IMG/VR virus record: IMGVR_UViG_3300040796_000034
Location: 62,851-126,850 of that record
DNA length: 64,000 bases
Source: a virus
Direction: 5' to 3' (one strand)
Positions 30,618 to 39,354 of this stretch are shown piece after piece (position 1 is the first letter of the stretch; each line of letters begins with the position of its first letter). A program made the translations under genes and the position numbers. The notes beneath the pieces were generated by a model that was not told the origin of the DNA, did not search any database, and worked only from the letters and a program-made list of their open reading frames with translations.

Positions 30618-31277
30618 TTATTCGTCAAATGAAGATATAATGGATTTTTCGTAACTGTTTATATCTTCTTCTGTTTCATTTATAAGTTTTTCTAACATTC
30701 CTCTTTCTTGAGTAAGAGTTTGTATTTCATTTCTAATATCTTCAGTAGATTTGTTATAACTGATTTTACGTTTGTTGTATTCTTCTCCAAGAGCTTTATC
30801 TTTTTCATTGTTTGAAATAATTTCTTTACTAATGTTGTGTAGTTCTTTAATACAATCTACAGCGGTCTTAAGTCCTTTAATATCAATCTCTTCAGCATAT
30901 TCGTTTTGTTGGATGTATTGAGTTAGTAGTACGTCTATCTGAGTTATTTTACATAAAGTTTTTCTGTCTATGTTTGTTGACTCTTTTAGTAAATCACCTA
31001 ATGTTGTGTCATCTGCTAATGCTAATTTTCTTTGAACTAACTGTCGTTGTATTCTCCATTGTTCTTTTCTTGCAGTGTAAAGAAGTTTATTATATTGTTT
31101 AGTGGTTAAATTGTATTTATTGGAAAGCTCTTTTAATGTGTAATTTCTATGTGTGTATCCTGAATCGGAATCCTTTGAGTTAAATCCAGACAAATACTCT
31201 CTTTTTATGAGTTCTAATAGCTTTAGACTTAGTTCTGTAGGGGTTTTCTTATCTTGCTTGTCTTTATTATTATTCAT
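30618..31277 (-). CDS. probable terminase small subunit
   Basis: IKREYLSG...TLKELSNKYNL...ARKEQW..QR HTH pattern typical of TerS, followed by coiled coil. Confidence 0.6.
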   Translation of the reverse strand: MNNNKDKQDKKTPTELSLKLLELIKREYLSGFNSKDSDSGYTHRNYTLKELSNKYNLTTKQYNKLLYTARKEQWRIQRQLVQRKLALADDTTLGDLLKESTNIDRKTLCKITQIDVLLTQYIQQNEYAEEIDIKGLKTAVDCIKELHNISKEIISNNEKDKALGEEYNKRKISYNKSTEDIRNEIQTLTQERGMLEKLINETEEDINSYEKSIISSFDE

Positions 31278-31666
31278 TATGATTTGATTTTTTACGATTT
31301 TTTCTGATGGAATTGATTCGGTATTTTTGTAAGTTGAGTGAGGTTAGGTAAGGTTTAATGATGGATAGTTTGTTATTAGTGAATATGTTAGCATATTTGG
31401 AGAAAAGATATGTGTGTATGTGAATGTATGTAGATGTGGGAAGAATATGGTAGAAATGGTTATTGGATTTATGCCAACACCCACCCCCACACAATCCCTA
31501 TCCTTTTTCACATAATCCTATCAACATCACACCCAAACCATATCCCACACATTCCATCAAACATTACCAATAACTAACATTTTATCTATTTCACCTACTA
31601 TTAATAAATATCAATATCTACATTTCACATATTATTAAATAAAATATCACATTATGGGCCTTTCCT

Positions 31667-31765
31667 ACGAGCGATGGCCCGGCAAACGAGCGATGACCCG
31701 GCCGACGAGCGATGGCCTGGCGATGGCGTACATTAGGCGATGGCCCGGCAAACGAGCGATGGCGG
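31667..31765 (+). repeat. tandem array of six GCGATG(G/A)C-core repeats (unit ~ACGAGCGATGGCCCGGCAA)
   Basis: Cores at 31671, 31690, 31709, 31720, 31737, 31756. Confidence 0.85.
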
Positions 31766-31789
31766 GGCCTTCAAAATTATTTTTAAAAA

Positions 31790-31832
31790 TGTATCGTAGA
31801 ATACAGAAATAAGAATTGAATAGATTTATGGT
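31790..31832 (+). promoter_or_regulatory. canonical NtcA-activated promoter
   Basis: TGTA-TCGTAGAA-TACA (31790-31805), then TATGGT (31827-31832) exactly 22 nt after TAC: GTA-N8-TAC-N22-TAN3T. Confidence 0.75.
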
Positions 31833-31861
31833 TAAATAGTTCAATTAAGTTAGGTTCAAAA

Positions 31862-32122
31862 ATGAATACAACAGTTAAAGAAGTTATAACGCCGAACGAG
31901 TTAATCTCATTAGCTATGGGACAATTTGAGAAAGATTACCCCAACTCATTAATTGACGTAGTGAGTGTTAATCATAAACTTAGTTGGAATGAACGTCACC
32001 CCCGAGTGGCTGTGTGTTCACTAATTTTAATCGAGTTAACTTGCAAGCGTTTTTTAGTTTACAAGTTTGCTGCAAAATACTCTGAGGCGTATCTATTCGA
32101 GCGCTATTTTGAAATAGACTAA
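31862..32122 (+). CDS. hypothetical protein downstream of the NtcA promoter
   Basis: 86-aa ORF with AGG RBS. Confidence 0.6.
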   Translation: MNTTVKEVITPNELISLAMGQFEKDYPNSLIDVVSVNHKLSWNERHPRVAVCSLILIELTCKRFLVYKFAAKYSEAYLFERYFEID

Positions 32123-32602
32123 ACCCGTCGCCGCTAAACTTTTTTAGGCTCTATTAATTTAGGGCCTTTTTAAGAGCCATCCGGTATAACAATTATTACT
32201 CTTTCCGGTATAACCGCTCTAGTGGATTTTAAGCTAGGATAAGACTGCTTTAGGGTATTCCTACCATTAGAGCATTTAACAGCTATTAACGAGCTGAATA
32301 GTCGCCGCTATTTGATTAATTAGATTATTGCCGGCCCCCCGTTATCTTTATTATTTTCACTCCTATTAATAGAAGATAATCCGGCCCACCTATTCCTACT
32401 ACATTAAAGGCCCACCCTTACCCGCTATGGCCAAGGCCCAACTTATTCCAGTAACAGAATACGGTGGCCCAAAGATGGCCAGAAAATGTCCAAAATGATT
32501 TTTTAATCAACATTTTACCCCTAATTTGATTTTTTAGTCAACAGTGAAACCTATATGCAGCAACGGTTACAAGACTTTTTTAAAAAAACTTTCTAAAAAG
32601 GG

Positions 32603-32631
32603 TTGACAACTAAAGAATTACTAGCTACTAT
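32603..32631 (+). promoter_or_regulatory. strong sigma70-type promoter
   Basis: TTGACA-N17-TACTAT with upstream A/T tracts. Confidence 0.8.
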
Positions 32632-32767
32632 GAAGTTGGTTAAGAGAAAGACAAAAAAAACAAACCGCCGATAACTCTTGCTGAGTGACACAAATCACAA
32701 GGCCAGGGATAAGGTCCAAAGTTTAACTTTCTCTTAATGATGTACCTTAACAATTGAATAAAAAATA

Positions 32768-33418
32768 ATGTCGAACTACAAGTTTAACTGGTCCGCAATA
32801 AGTATGGGTGAGGACGTGAACGACTCTAAGCACTGTGCTTTATACTGGTATTGTAAAGAATACCATCAGGGACAAAGTGACTGGCGCTATGAGGTATTGA
32901 GTAAATCACCTTATACACCCGGGCCGTGTCAGAGTGACATCTTAGACTCAGAAGACTTCGCAGCTATCCAGTATTATCAGCATTTACTGAGGTTATTTGA
33001 ACCCAATATTTGCGATATAGACTTAGTGAGCTATGAAGTCGGGTCAAAAGGGATTATCGACTTTTGGTCCCATACCCATAGCATAACCATTTCTGTTAAT
33101 GGTGACTGGTTTAGTGCTACCGATTTGGCGCGTGACGTGTACGAGCAAGTACAGCGCTGCGATTGGGGCTACCAAGTGGACCTGGCTGATATTTTTTCCT
33201 GTCTCGGCTCTTTTCACTATCCCTTAAGTGTAGAAGTCGATAACGATACCGATGAGGAAGAAACAGAATTATTATGGCTAGGGTTCGACTGGTATAACGA
33301 ACCGGAGGAACCTGTGGATACCTGTAATGGGTGTATCTACTTCACTGGGGAATCAGCCCTACGTTGCGCGGTGAATCCACTGTCAACGGAGCGCTGTATC
33401 GAATATCAAACAGCCTAA
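32768..33418 (+). CDS. hypothetical protein with C-terminal DUF6464-like Cys motif
   Basis: TCNGCIYFTGESALRCAVNP...C. Confidence 0.6.
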   Translation: MSNYKFNWSAISMGEDVNDSKHCALYWYCKEYHQGQSDWRYEVLSKSPYTPGPCQSDILDSEDFAAIQYYQHLLRLFEPNICDIDLVSYEVGSKGIIDFWSHTHSITISVNGDWFSATDLARDVYEQVQRCDWGYQVDLADIFSCLGSFHYPLSVEVDNDTDEEETELLWLGFDWYNEPEEPVDTCNGCIYFTGESALRCAVNPLSTERCIEYQTA

Positions 33419-33544
33419 TAACCTATCAATTATGCCTGGGGGGTTAATCCCCCCAAGCCTTACTATTGTATTCTAAGCTTATAAAGCTATTCATAGAATA
33501 CAATACAAGGCAAAAATTATCAAGGATTATCGAGGTTAGAAAAA

Positions 33545-33817
33545 ATGAAAATTAATGTAGATTGGGTTGAACACATTGGAAACCTAGATACATACACCCG
33601 ATGGTTTCAAAATCTGTATGAAAATATAGATTCTGAAATCGAAGATTATATCTCCCTTAGAAAGGGAGAAATTTTAGGAGATGTTGTAGAAAAACAATTA
33701 AGCTACAGTTATCAACAAAATCTTGAGATATCTTGGTTTGGTGATTACGACATTGGTGTAGAGTTGCACCGCGCATCCGGAGATGAAACTTGGTTCATCA
33801 AGTTTACTATCGATTAG
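33545..33817 (+). CDS. acidic hypothetical protein
   Basis: 90 aa, GAGG RBS. Confidence 0.6.
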   Translation: MKINVDWVEHIGNLDTYTRWFQNLYENIDSEIEDYISLRKGEILGDVVEKQLSYSYQQNLEISWFGDYDIGVELHRASGDETWFIKFTID

Positions 33818-33912
33818 AATCTAGCACTAGGGATATAGTGCGATTATATCCCTGGCTGCTGTATTCTTTAGGATACAGTGTAAAACTTAGAAAATTTTCG
33901 AGGATAGAAAGA

Positions 33913-34602
33913 ATGGACCCTATCGTAGGAATTAACGTAAGCAGCCACCCATACATAACGCAAGCTTTAGAATGCTGCAAGTTTGATATCGCAGCCCCTC
34001 TATGGGCACGATTAGCAACGCTTCGTCGTATGAAATTACATTGTAATGCGTACCGGATTAAAGTGGACATTAACCACATGGTCTGGAAGAAAGGCCAAGG
34101 CCCTTTAAAAACCTACTCCGTAGGGGAGTCTTACCCAGTTAACTTACAGTGCTTTCTGGGAGAACACAAAACTTTTTACATACCTGGGAGTTACTCCCAG
34201 GTAACAGGGAGTCACCGACTAATTAAAGTACCTCTGAGTGAGGTAGATGCTTTTTTGGTTGACAAAAAAAGCATAATCGTCTACCCGAAAATGGACGCGG
34301 CGTTCTTCTACCGTTCCCACGAACAGTATCCCCAGTATTTGGGGACTAATCCATACAAATACAAAGAAATGCCTCAAAACGGTATTTCTTTCTTTTTCAA
34401 ACCTCAATCATCATCTGTTGTAGGTGAGGCAGTCTCTCAGAATAAAGGTACACGGTTAGAGTGCTTCTACCCCCATACAAATATTTTAAAGGGAGTAGAG
34501 ATGGATTTTGGGAAATATTTCCCGGATTACCCGGAGTTATCTGTTGAATGGGCTTTGCAAAAAGAAGTTATTAGCAAAAAACTTCTTAAAGCCTATTCAT
34601 AG
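33913..34602 (+). CDS. hypothetical protein (start moved to ATG 33913)
   Basis: GAGG RBS before ATG 33913; the 5' part of the track ORF overlaps an RNA hairpin. Confidence 0.6.
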   Translation: MDPIVGINVSSHPYITQALECCKFDIAAPLWARLATLRRMKLHCNAYRIKVDINHMVWKKGQGPLKTYSVGESYPVNLQCFLGEHKTFYIPGSYSQVTGSHRLIKVPLSEVDAFLVDKKSIIVYPKMDAAFFYRSHEQYPQYLGTNPYKYKEMPQNGISFFFKPQSSSVVGEAVSQNKGTRLECFYPHTNILKGVEMDFGKYFPDYPELSVEWALQKEVISKKLLKAYS

Positions 34603-34693
34603 AAGCTTTTATTTCACCCCTTGACACAAGCTAGAATCTAGCACTAGGGATATAGCGGCCTTCCCTATATCCCGCGCCGCTAAAGTCTTATTT

Positions 34694-34724
34694 AACCCAC
34701 CCTAACCCGGTGGGTTTTTTTTTT
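34694..34724 (+). terminator. intrinsic terminator
   Basis: ACCCACC-ctaaccc-GGTGGGT plus T-tract; near-identical copy at 37026. Confidence 0.75.
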
Positions 34725-35044
34725 GCTCGAAAAATGCAGCGATCGCCCCGAGTTTTTAGCGCCGCAGTCCCACGGGTTGTCACTTGTCCGGGCCATCACT
34801 TGTAATTGTTTGTCCGGGCCTTCATACGGGTTGTCTTGTCCATAGTGTTTGTCATAGTGTTTGTCATCCTTTCACTAACATTCATTCTCCGGCCCCTAGA
34901 AAGCTCGTAAAGGTGCATTAAGCTTGTCTCTGGTATATTCTACCCTTTATTATTTCACAAACCTTAAAAGCCCGTATATGCAGGGTGATTTGTGTTTTAA
35001 ATGTGAAAGGAGCAAATTGGACACAAGCTAAAAAACTTTTAATT

Positions 35045-35087
35045 TGTGATTCAAATCACAGACAAAGGATTTTTAACTAGCTAAAGT
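35045..35087 (+). promoter_or_regulatory. class II CRP-dependent promoter
   Basis: TGTGA-TTCAAA-TCACA (35045-35060), -10 TAAAGT (35082-35087); site centre at -41.5; no consensus -35. Confidence 0.75.
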
Positions 35088-35117
35088 AGAAACATAGAAA
35101 CAACAAAGAGGATTATC

Positions 35118-35858
35118 ATGGCAATTTTGAAACTAGAGTACGTTAAACGTTCTACTTTTTCTTGGGAACGTGATTTGGTAGAGCTACCAGCAAACACCCC
35201 CCAGGGTATCTACTACTCAAAGGATGAGCTAGGGGACATTCTTTATAATTTCTTAGGTGAGGAGGAATTTACCGATGAAGATGAGGATGGTTTCCCGGCG
35301 ATACCTTACAAGTTAAGCTTTGATGGGGTGAAGGTAAGTGAATCATCTGTAATAATGGCTGTCCGCGATATGTTTCCTGGGACGACGCTAATTGATATTA
35401 CTGAGGACGACGTAGCTTACATCCGTATGGAGTGTTACCCCAACACTTTTAAGGAGTGGGTAAACCTTCAATTTGCTGAGAGCTTTACTCTCGAATATAT
35501 TAAGACGGCACTCCCTGACATATCTGAGTGGGCGCAGTCCAACTGCCCGCGGTCTGCTAAACTTTTTGACATCTATTCAGAAGAAATTCAAATTCTGGCA
35601 CTTGTAGAATCTGCGGACTTTGAGACCCGGTTCGAGGGGTGTCTAACGGGTTTTAAGACGGACCTACTCGATATTGCGTTAACTGAAATTGTGATGATTA
35701 TCGTCAACGAATTAGAAGAAGCCGACGACGATGACTTCAACGAATGGTGTGATAGTGAGGATGAGGACGACGATGAGGACTATAGCGACGGGTATTTCAA
35801 TGATGACCTCGTTGCATTGAAATATGAGGTACTAGACCCAGATAACGATTTATTCTAA
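35118..35858 (+). CDS. highly acidic hypothetical protein
   Basis: 246 aa, GAGG RBS, D/E-rich tail. Confidence 0.65.
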   Translation: MAILKLEYVKRSTFSWERDLVELPANTPQGIYYSKDELGDILYNFLGEEEFTDEDEDGFPAIPYKLSFDGVKVSESSVIMAVRDMFPGTTLIDITEDDVAYIRMECYPNTFKEWVNLQFAESFTLEYIKTALPDISEWAQSNCPRSAKLFDIYSEEIQILALVESADFETRFEGCLTGFKTDLLDIALTEIVMIIVNELEEADDDDFNEWCDSEDEDDDEDYSDGYFNDDLVALKYEVLDPDNDLF

Positions 35859-35917
35859 TACCAGAAACACTCCCGGCCTTCCGGGGGTGTACAATCCAAA
35901 ATTACCAAGGTAAAAAA

Positions 35918-36241
35918 ATGAAATACATACCAGACTCCCTACCTACACCCTCCTTACAAGAGGATATAGACCGGACAGAGAAGGCAATAGCCTTTTATGT
36001 AACCGACTACCTAGAGGCGACACCACATTGTCCATGTACTTTAGGGGAAATTATCCAAGATATAAAAGGGTTAGCTGAATTGCCCGCTAATTTAAGAAAT
36101 AGGGAGGTTAGTTCTTTTAGCTTACGGTTAACAGACAATGATGAAGATACGAATCGTTTATTTACTTTACTGGTGGCGTACTTAAAAGATTTACAAAACT
36201 TAGAAAAAGAGCAAATCAAAGACCAAACCTCACGACTTTAA
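35918..36241 (+). CDS. hypothetical protein
   Basis: 107-aa ORF. Confidence 0.6.
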   Translation: MKYIPDSLPTPSLQEDIDRTEKAIAFYVTDYLEATPHCPCTLGEIIQDIKGLAELPANLRNREVSSFSLRLTDNDEDTNRLFTLLVAYLKDLQNLEKEQIKDQTSRL

Positions 36242-36244
36242 AAA

Positions 36245-36323
36245 ACCCGAAACATCCTCAGCCTTCTGGGGGGTGTACAGCCCAAAAAAATAGCTCTGGG
36301 GCTGCTGATGAAGGTAGGAGCTA
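36245..36323 (+). ncRNA. type II hammerhead ribozyme with loop I/3'-tail pseudoknot
   Basis: ACCC-GAAA-stem III(CATCCTCAG cctt CTGGGGGGTG)-TA|CAGCCC-loop-GGGCTG-CTGATGA-AGGT; loop TAGCTCT pairs with GGAGCTA; predicted cleavage after GUA (36277). Confidence 0.75.
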
Positions 36324-36348
36324 TGCTTAGAAAATTAGGAGATACAAG

Positions 36349-36747
36349 ATGGCTAGTAAGATGCCACAGTTTGATTTGGACCAAGTGAAATCTGTATTAA
36401 CAGAGGAAGAGTACAAGCTCTTCCAACTCACCCTTAACAAAGACCGACTCCGGGCCACCAAGCCCACAGAGAAAAAATGTGGGGACAAATTGGGGGAAGC
36501 GTATTACGTCTGGCGTATGACCGCATTTTATTTAGCGGGGTTTCATCCCCACAACAGTATGCCAGTCTGCGCAGATTTGCTGATTGATTCTTTCTATCTG
36601 TACGAGTACGAGGAAGACCCAGAGAAAGTAAAAATCAAACGAGCGCAGTATGATGCTCGTATTGCCGAACTAGATGAGATAGTTGATAAAGTGGTAACAA
36701 GTCAAAAAGGCATCATCAGGTGGGGGCGAGCATTAGGTTATTTCTAG
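36349..36747 (+). CDS. phage hypothetical protein
   Basis: RLRATKP..AYYVWRMTAF..H.SMPVCAD; AGGAG RBS. Confidence 0.6.
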   Translation: MASKMPQFDLDQVKSVLTEEEYKLFQLTLNKDRLRATKPTEKKCGDKLGEAYYVWRMTAFYLAGFHPHNSMPVCADLLIDSFYLYEYEEDPEKVKIKRAQYDARIAELDEIVDKVVTSQKGIIRWGRALGYF

Positions 36748-37025
36748 CCCCTAAAATCTAGCAAGATGGGGAGTAGTGCGATTCCTCCCCTCTCTGCTGT
36801 ATTCTGTTTAACTTTGTAAGGATTTGTATGAGAACTTTCTCAGAAACGTATTGGACAGTAAACGACTTGTATCTGGACAATCTCTCGATTGCCTCGAAGC
36901 GGTGGAAAACAACCGACACCGTTATCGGCGGTGTGAAATACCGCTAGAACAGGTTTGCAAAACCCAGGAATGGGGCGAAGAGCTTATTAAAAAACTAACA
37001 ACCCTTTCATAATTTCAATTTCCAG

Positions 37026-37050
37026 CCCACCCTAACCCGGTGGGTTTTCT
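37026..37050 (+). terminator. intrinsic terminator
   Basis: CCCACC-ctaaccc-GGTGGG plus TTTTCT. Confidence 0.7.
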
Positions 37051-37092
37051 CTTGTCTCAATTTCCCGGATCGCAAACCCTTTTATTAGCGGC

Positions 37093-37149
37093 GGCCATCG
37101 CCAGTCTGGCCATCGCCAGTCTGGCCATCGCTACAGTCTGGTCATCGCT
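37093..37149 (-). repeat. four GG(C/T)CATCGC repeats (reverse complement of the 31.7-kb core), period 15-17 nt
   Basis: Copies at 37093, 37108, 37123, 37140. Confidence 0.85.
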
Positions 37150-37210
37150 TGTCTAAGCCCCGCCACCGCTTGTAATTGTTTGTCTGCTGGACCTTTATAC
37201 GGATTGTCTC

Positions 37211-37275
37211 AGTGATTAGCATCATATAACCTAGTGATTTGTATCACCCCTTAACGATTGTCAATTGAATATTAT
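37211..37275 (+). promoter_or_regulatory. CRP-type promoter with two degenerate sites
   Basis: AGTGA-N6-TCATA (37211-37226), AGTGA-N6-TCACC (37233-37248, centre -41.5), -10 TATTAT (37270-37275). Confidence 0.6.
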
Positions 37276-37308
37276 AGTAATTGTCAAGAGAATTAAAGGA
37301 GTTTTAAA

Positions 37309-37638
37309 TTGAATGAATTAGAAATTGCCAGGCAAGCCGCTATAGGCGCATCCTGGTATCAGAATGAACGAGACCGGAAAAGTTACACTAAGAATTGTAG
37401 TCGAGCCTACTTGTCTGCATTCTACAAATCTAGGGGCTACAAGTACACCCCTAGTAAAGAAGTTGAGTACAACTTTATAGGCAATTTGTTTTTAGTTGTA
37501 CGGGAGCCAATAGTATTATATCGCGATAGGGGTCATGTACTCCTTTGGAGCGATAAAATCGTCTATCTTACTTCTAAAATAGGAGAAAGGATAGATGAGG
37601 GTGACTACCTCTTAAAGTATTACTGGGAGGGGTTCTAG
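37309..37638 (+). CDS. hypothetical protein (TTG start)
   Basis: AAGGAG RBS. Confidence 0.6.
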   Translation: MNELEIARQAAIGASWYQNERDRKSYTKNCSRAYLSAFYKSRGYKYTPSKEVEYNFIGNLFLVVREPIVLYRDRGHVLLWSDKIVYLTSKIGERIDEGDYLLKYYWEGF

Positions 37639-37686
37639 TAGTAAATAGTTGAATAAAAGTTAGATAACGTAAAGGAGTTAGATACA

Positions 37687-39354
37687 GTGGGAAAATTTGT
37701 AGAGGACAATGAGTCCACAGACTTATTTCAGTACAGCGTGGACGTAGTGAAACACGCCACTGGAGAATACAGAAGAGAGTTAGAAATATGGGAGGATACC
37801 TGTGAGGGGTATCGATGCGGGGGGTATAATGCCTACCGCGACTACAACCCCTGGCGGACGGTGATAGGGTTGGAGTTGGAGATGGAAGGGACATCCTTCT
37901 GTATCGAAAACTACTCATCACTGTTAAATTACGGAATCTTTTCAGAGGATTCCACGGTAGATGCTGAATTTAAAGGGCTACCGTTTCGGCTCTCAGATTG
38001 GCTACGAATAGCGGCTGAGAATCGTTTTAATTTTGACAAATTTTTGCGGTATAACAGTGAGGACAATGGCGCGGGTCTTCATATCCACATATCACAGAGG
38101 TGTCTGTCGGAGGAGGCAGCCGAGTATATTAGAGGGTTTCTCTGTAATTGCGGAGAAAGTGTTTTGGAGACAGTTGCAGGGAGAGAACTCCCTAACAACT
38201 ATGTAACGCCATACACTACCCTTGATAGTGGGAAATATGGATATACAACCCGACATAAAAGTGGAGTGACCTGGGAGATTCGTATTTTCCAATCGCCGAA
38301 TGATTGGCAAGGATTAATACGATGTCTTGTATGGGTAGCGATGCTCGTACAAAAAGCAGAGAGTACCAGTGATAGACCGGGTAAGTATGGTCCGCTATCA
38401 TACAATGGTATTCCACAAGAAACTTGGAAAGAAGTTTTCCAGGAGATGTTAGATAAGTTTGAGGGTATATATCCACAGATTGTTAGTAATCTTGAAAAAT
38501 TACCCTTAAGGCAGGAGGATATCTGCCTAGAGTATCTATATGATGAAGACGATGAGGAGGGGTACGGGGAACCATTATATTACGACCCCGTAACAGATGA
38601 CGAGTTTGAAAGTTACGAAACTTATGTAGAAGTCATCTATGGGAGGATAATTGACGACCCCTTTAGCTATATGGAGGATGGTTACAATTCAATCAAAGAC
38701 TTGTATGAGGTTGGCGATTACAATCTTTTCTACGAATCATGCTTTCCGAGTCTTTGGGTTAGCGATATCTATGAGGTGATTCGCTACGACGATGACCGTA
38801 TCATAGAGATGCTCCATGAGGACTTATGGGAGTATATCCATAAAATCCCTTGGAAAAGACTTCTAGTACCGACGGCGGATAACCTGTTTCGGGTAAATCG
38901 CAATAACCCGTTAGGACGTTTAACTCACGCTATACAAGAGTATGGCTTTAATGAGGATGCCATTGTTGAGGAGTTTGTAGAGAATTTCTTAAGTCTGGAT
39001 TTCCCTGAGTGGTATAGAGATAAATGTAATGAATACCATCGATACAACTACTACTCCAATGACTATAGCTTACAGAAACACCCTACAGAGGAGGTGTTAT
39101 ATGAATACCTTCGAGAGGAGATTCGTAAGTTAGTCCGAGAGACAATACAAGCTAACTGGGTAACAAGAGCTAACTGGGTGTGGATAAATGAGTATGATAG
39201 TAACACCCTTATACGCCGATACTCAAATCCTGTACTAGAAGTACAACTATTCTCGGAGTATTGCGATTTGTACCCCATGTTGCCGTTAGGATTTGAAATG
39301 GAGTATAAAGTCGCTAATGCAGTAGGTATCCCCTCCTGCTGGATAGTGAAATAA
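37687..39354 (+). CDS. putative amidoligase (COOH-NH2 ligase type 2) with acidic C-terminal extension
   Basis: IGLELEME, EDSTV..EF, GAGLHIHIS, WEIRIFQS. Confidence 0.7.
   Translation: MGKFVEDNESTDLFQYSVDVVKHATGEYRRELEIWEDTCEGYRCGGYNAYRDYNPWRTVIGLELEMEGTSFCIENYSSLLNYGIFSEDSTVDAEFKGLPFRLSDWLRIAAENRFNFDKFLRYNSEDNGAGLHIHISQRCLSEEAAEYIRGFLCNCGESVLETVAGRELPNNYVTPYTTLDSGKYGYTTRHKSGVTWEIRIFQSPNDWQGLIRCLVWVAMLVQKAESTSDRPGKYGPLSYNGIPQETWKEVFQEMLDKFEGIYPQIVSNLEKLPLRQEDICLEYLYDEDDEEGYGEPLYYDPVTDDEFESYETYVEVIYGRIIDDPFSYMEDGYNSIKDLYEVGDYNLFYESCFPSLWVSDIYEVIRYDDDRIIEMLHEDLWEYIHKIPWKRLLVPTADNLFRVNRNNPLGRLTHAIQEYGFNEDAIVEEFVENFLSLDFPEWYRDKCNEYHRYNYYSNDYSLQKHPTEEVLYEYLREEIRKLVRETIQANWVTRANWVWINEYDSNTLIRRYSNPVLEVQLFSEYCDLYPMLPLGFEMEYKVANAVGIPSCWIVK

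Noticed and set aside
31270-31494. 74-aa ORF upstream of terS
   Set aside because: Arises from low-complexity skewed sequence; implausible composition
31667-31765. CRISPR array
   Set aside because: Units are 11-19 nt and abut without unique spacers; no cas genes seen
33438-33454. Second HetR site (GGG-N5-CCC)
   Set aside because: Lies right after a stop codon and is better explained as an RNA hairpin; lacks the GTC/GAC core
34621-34650. sigma70 promoter at TTGACA
   Set aside because: No acceptable -10 at 16-18 nt
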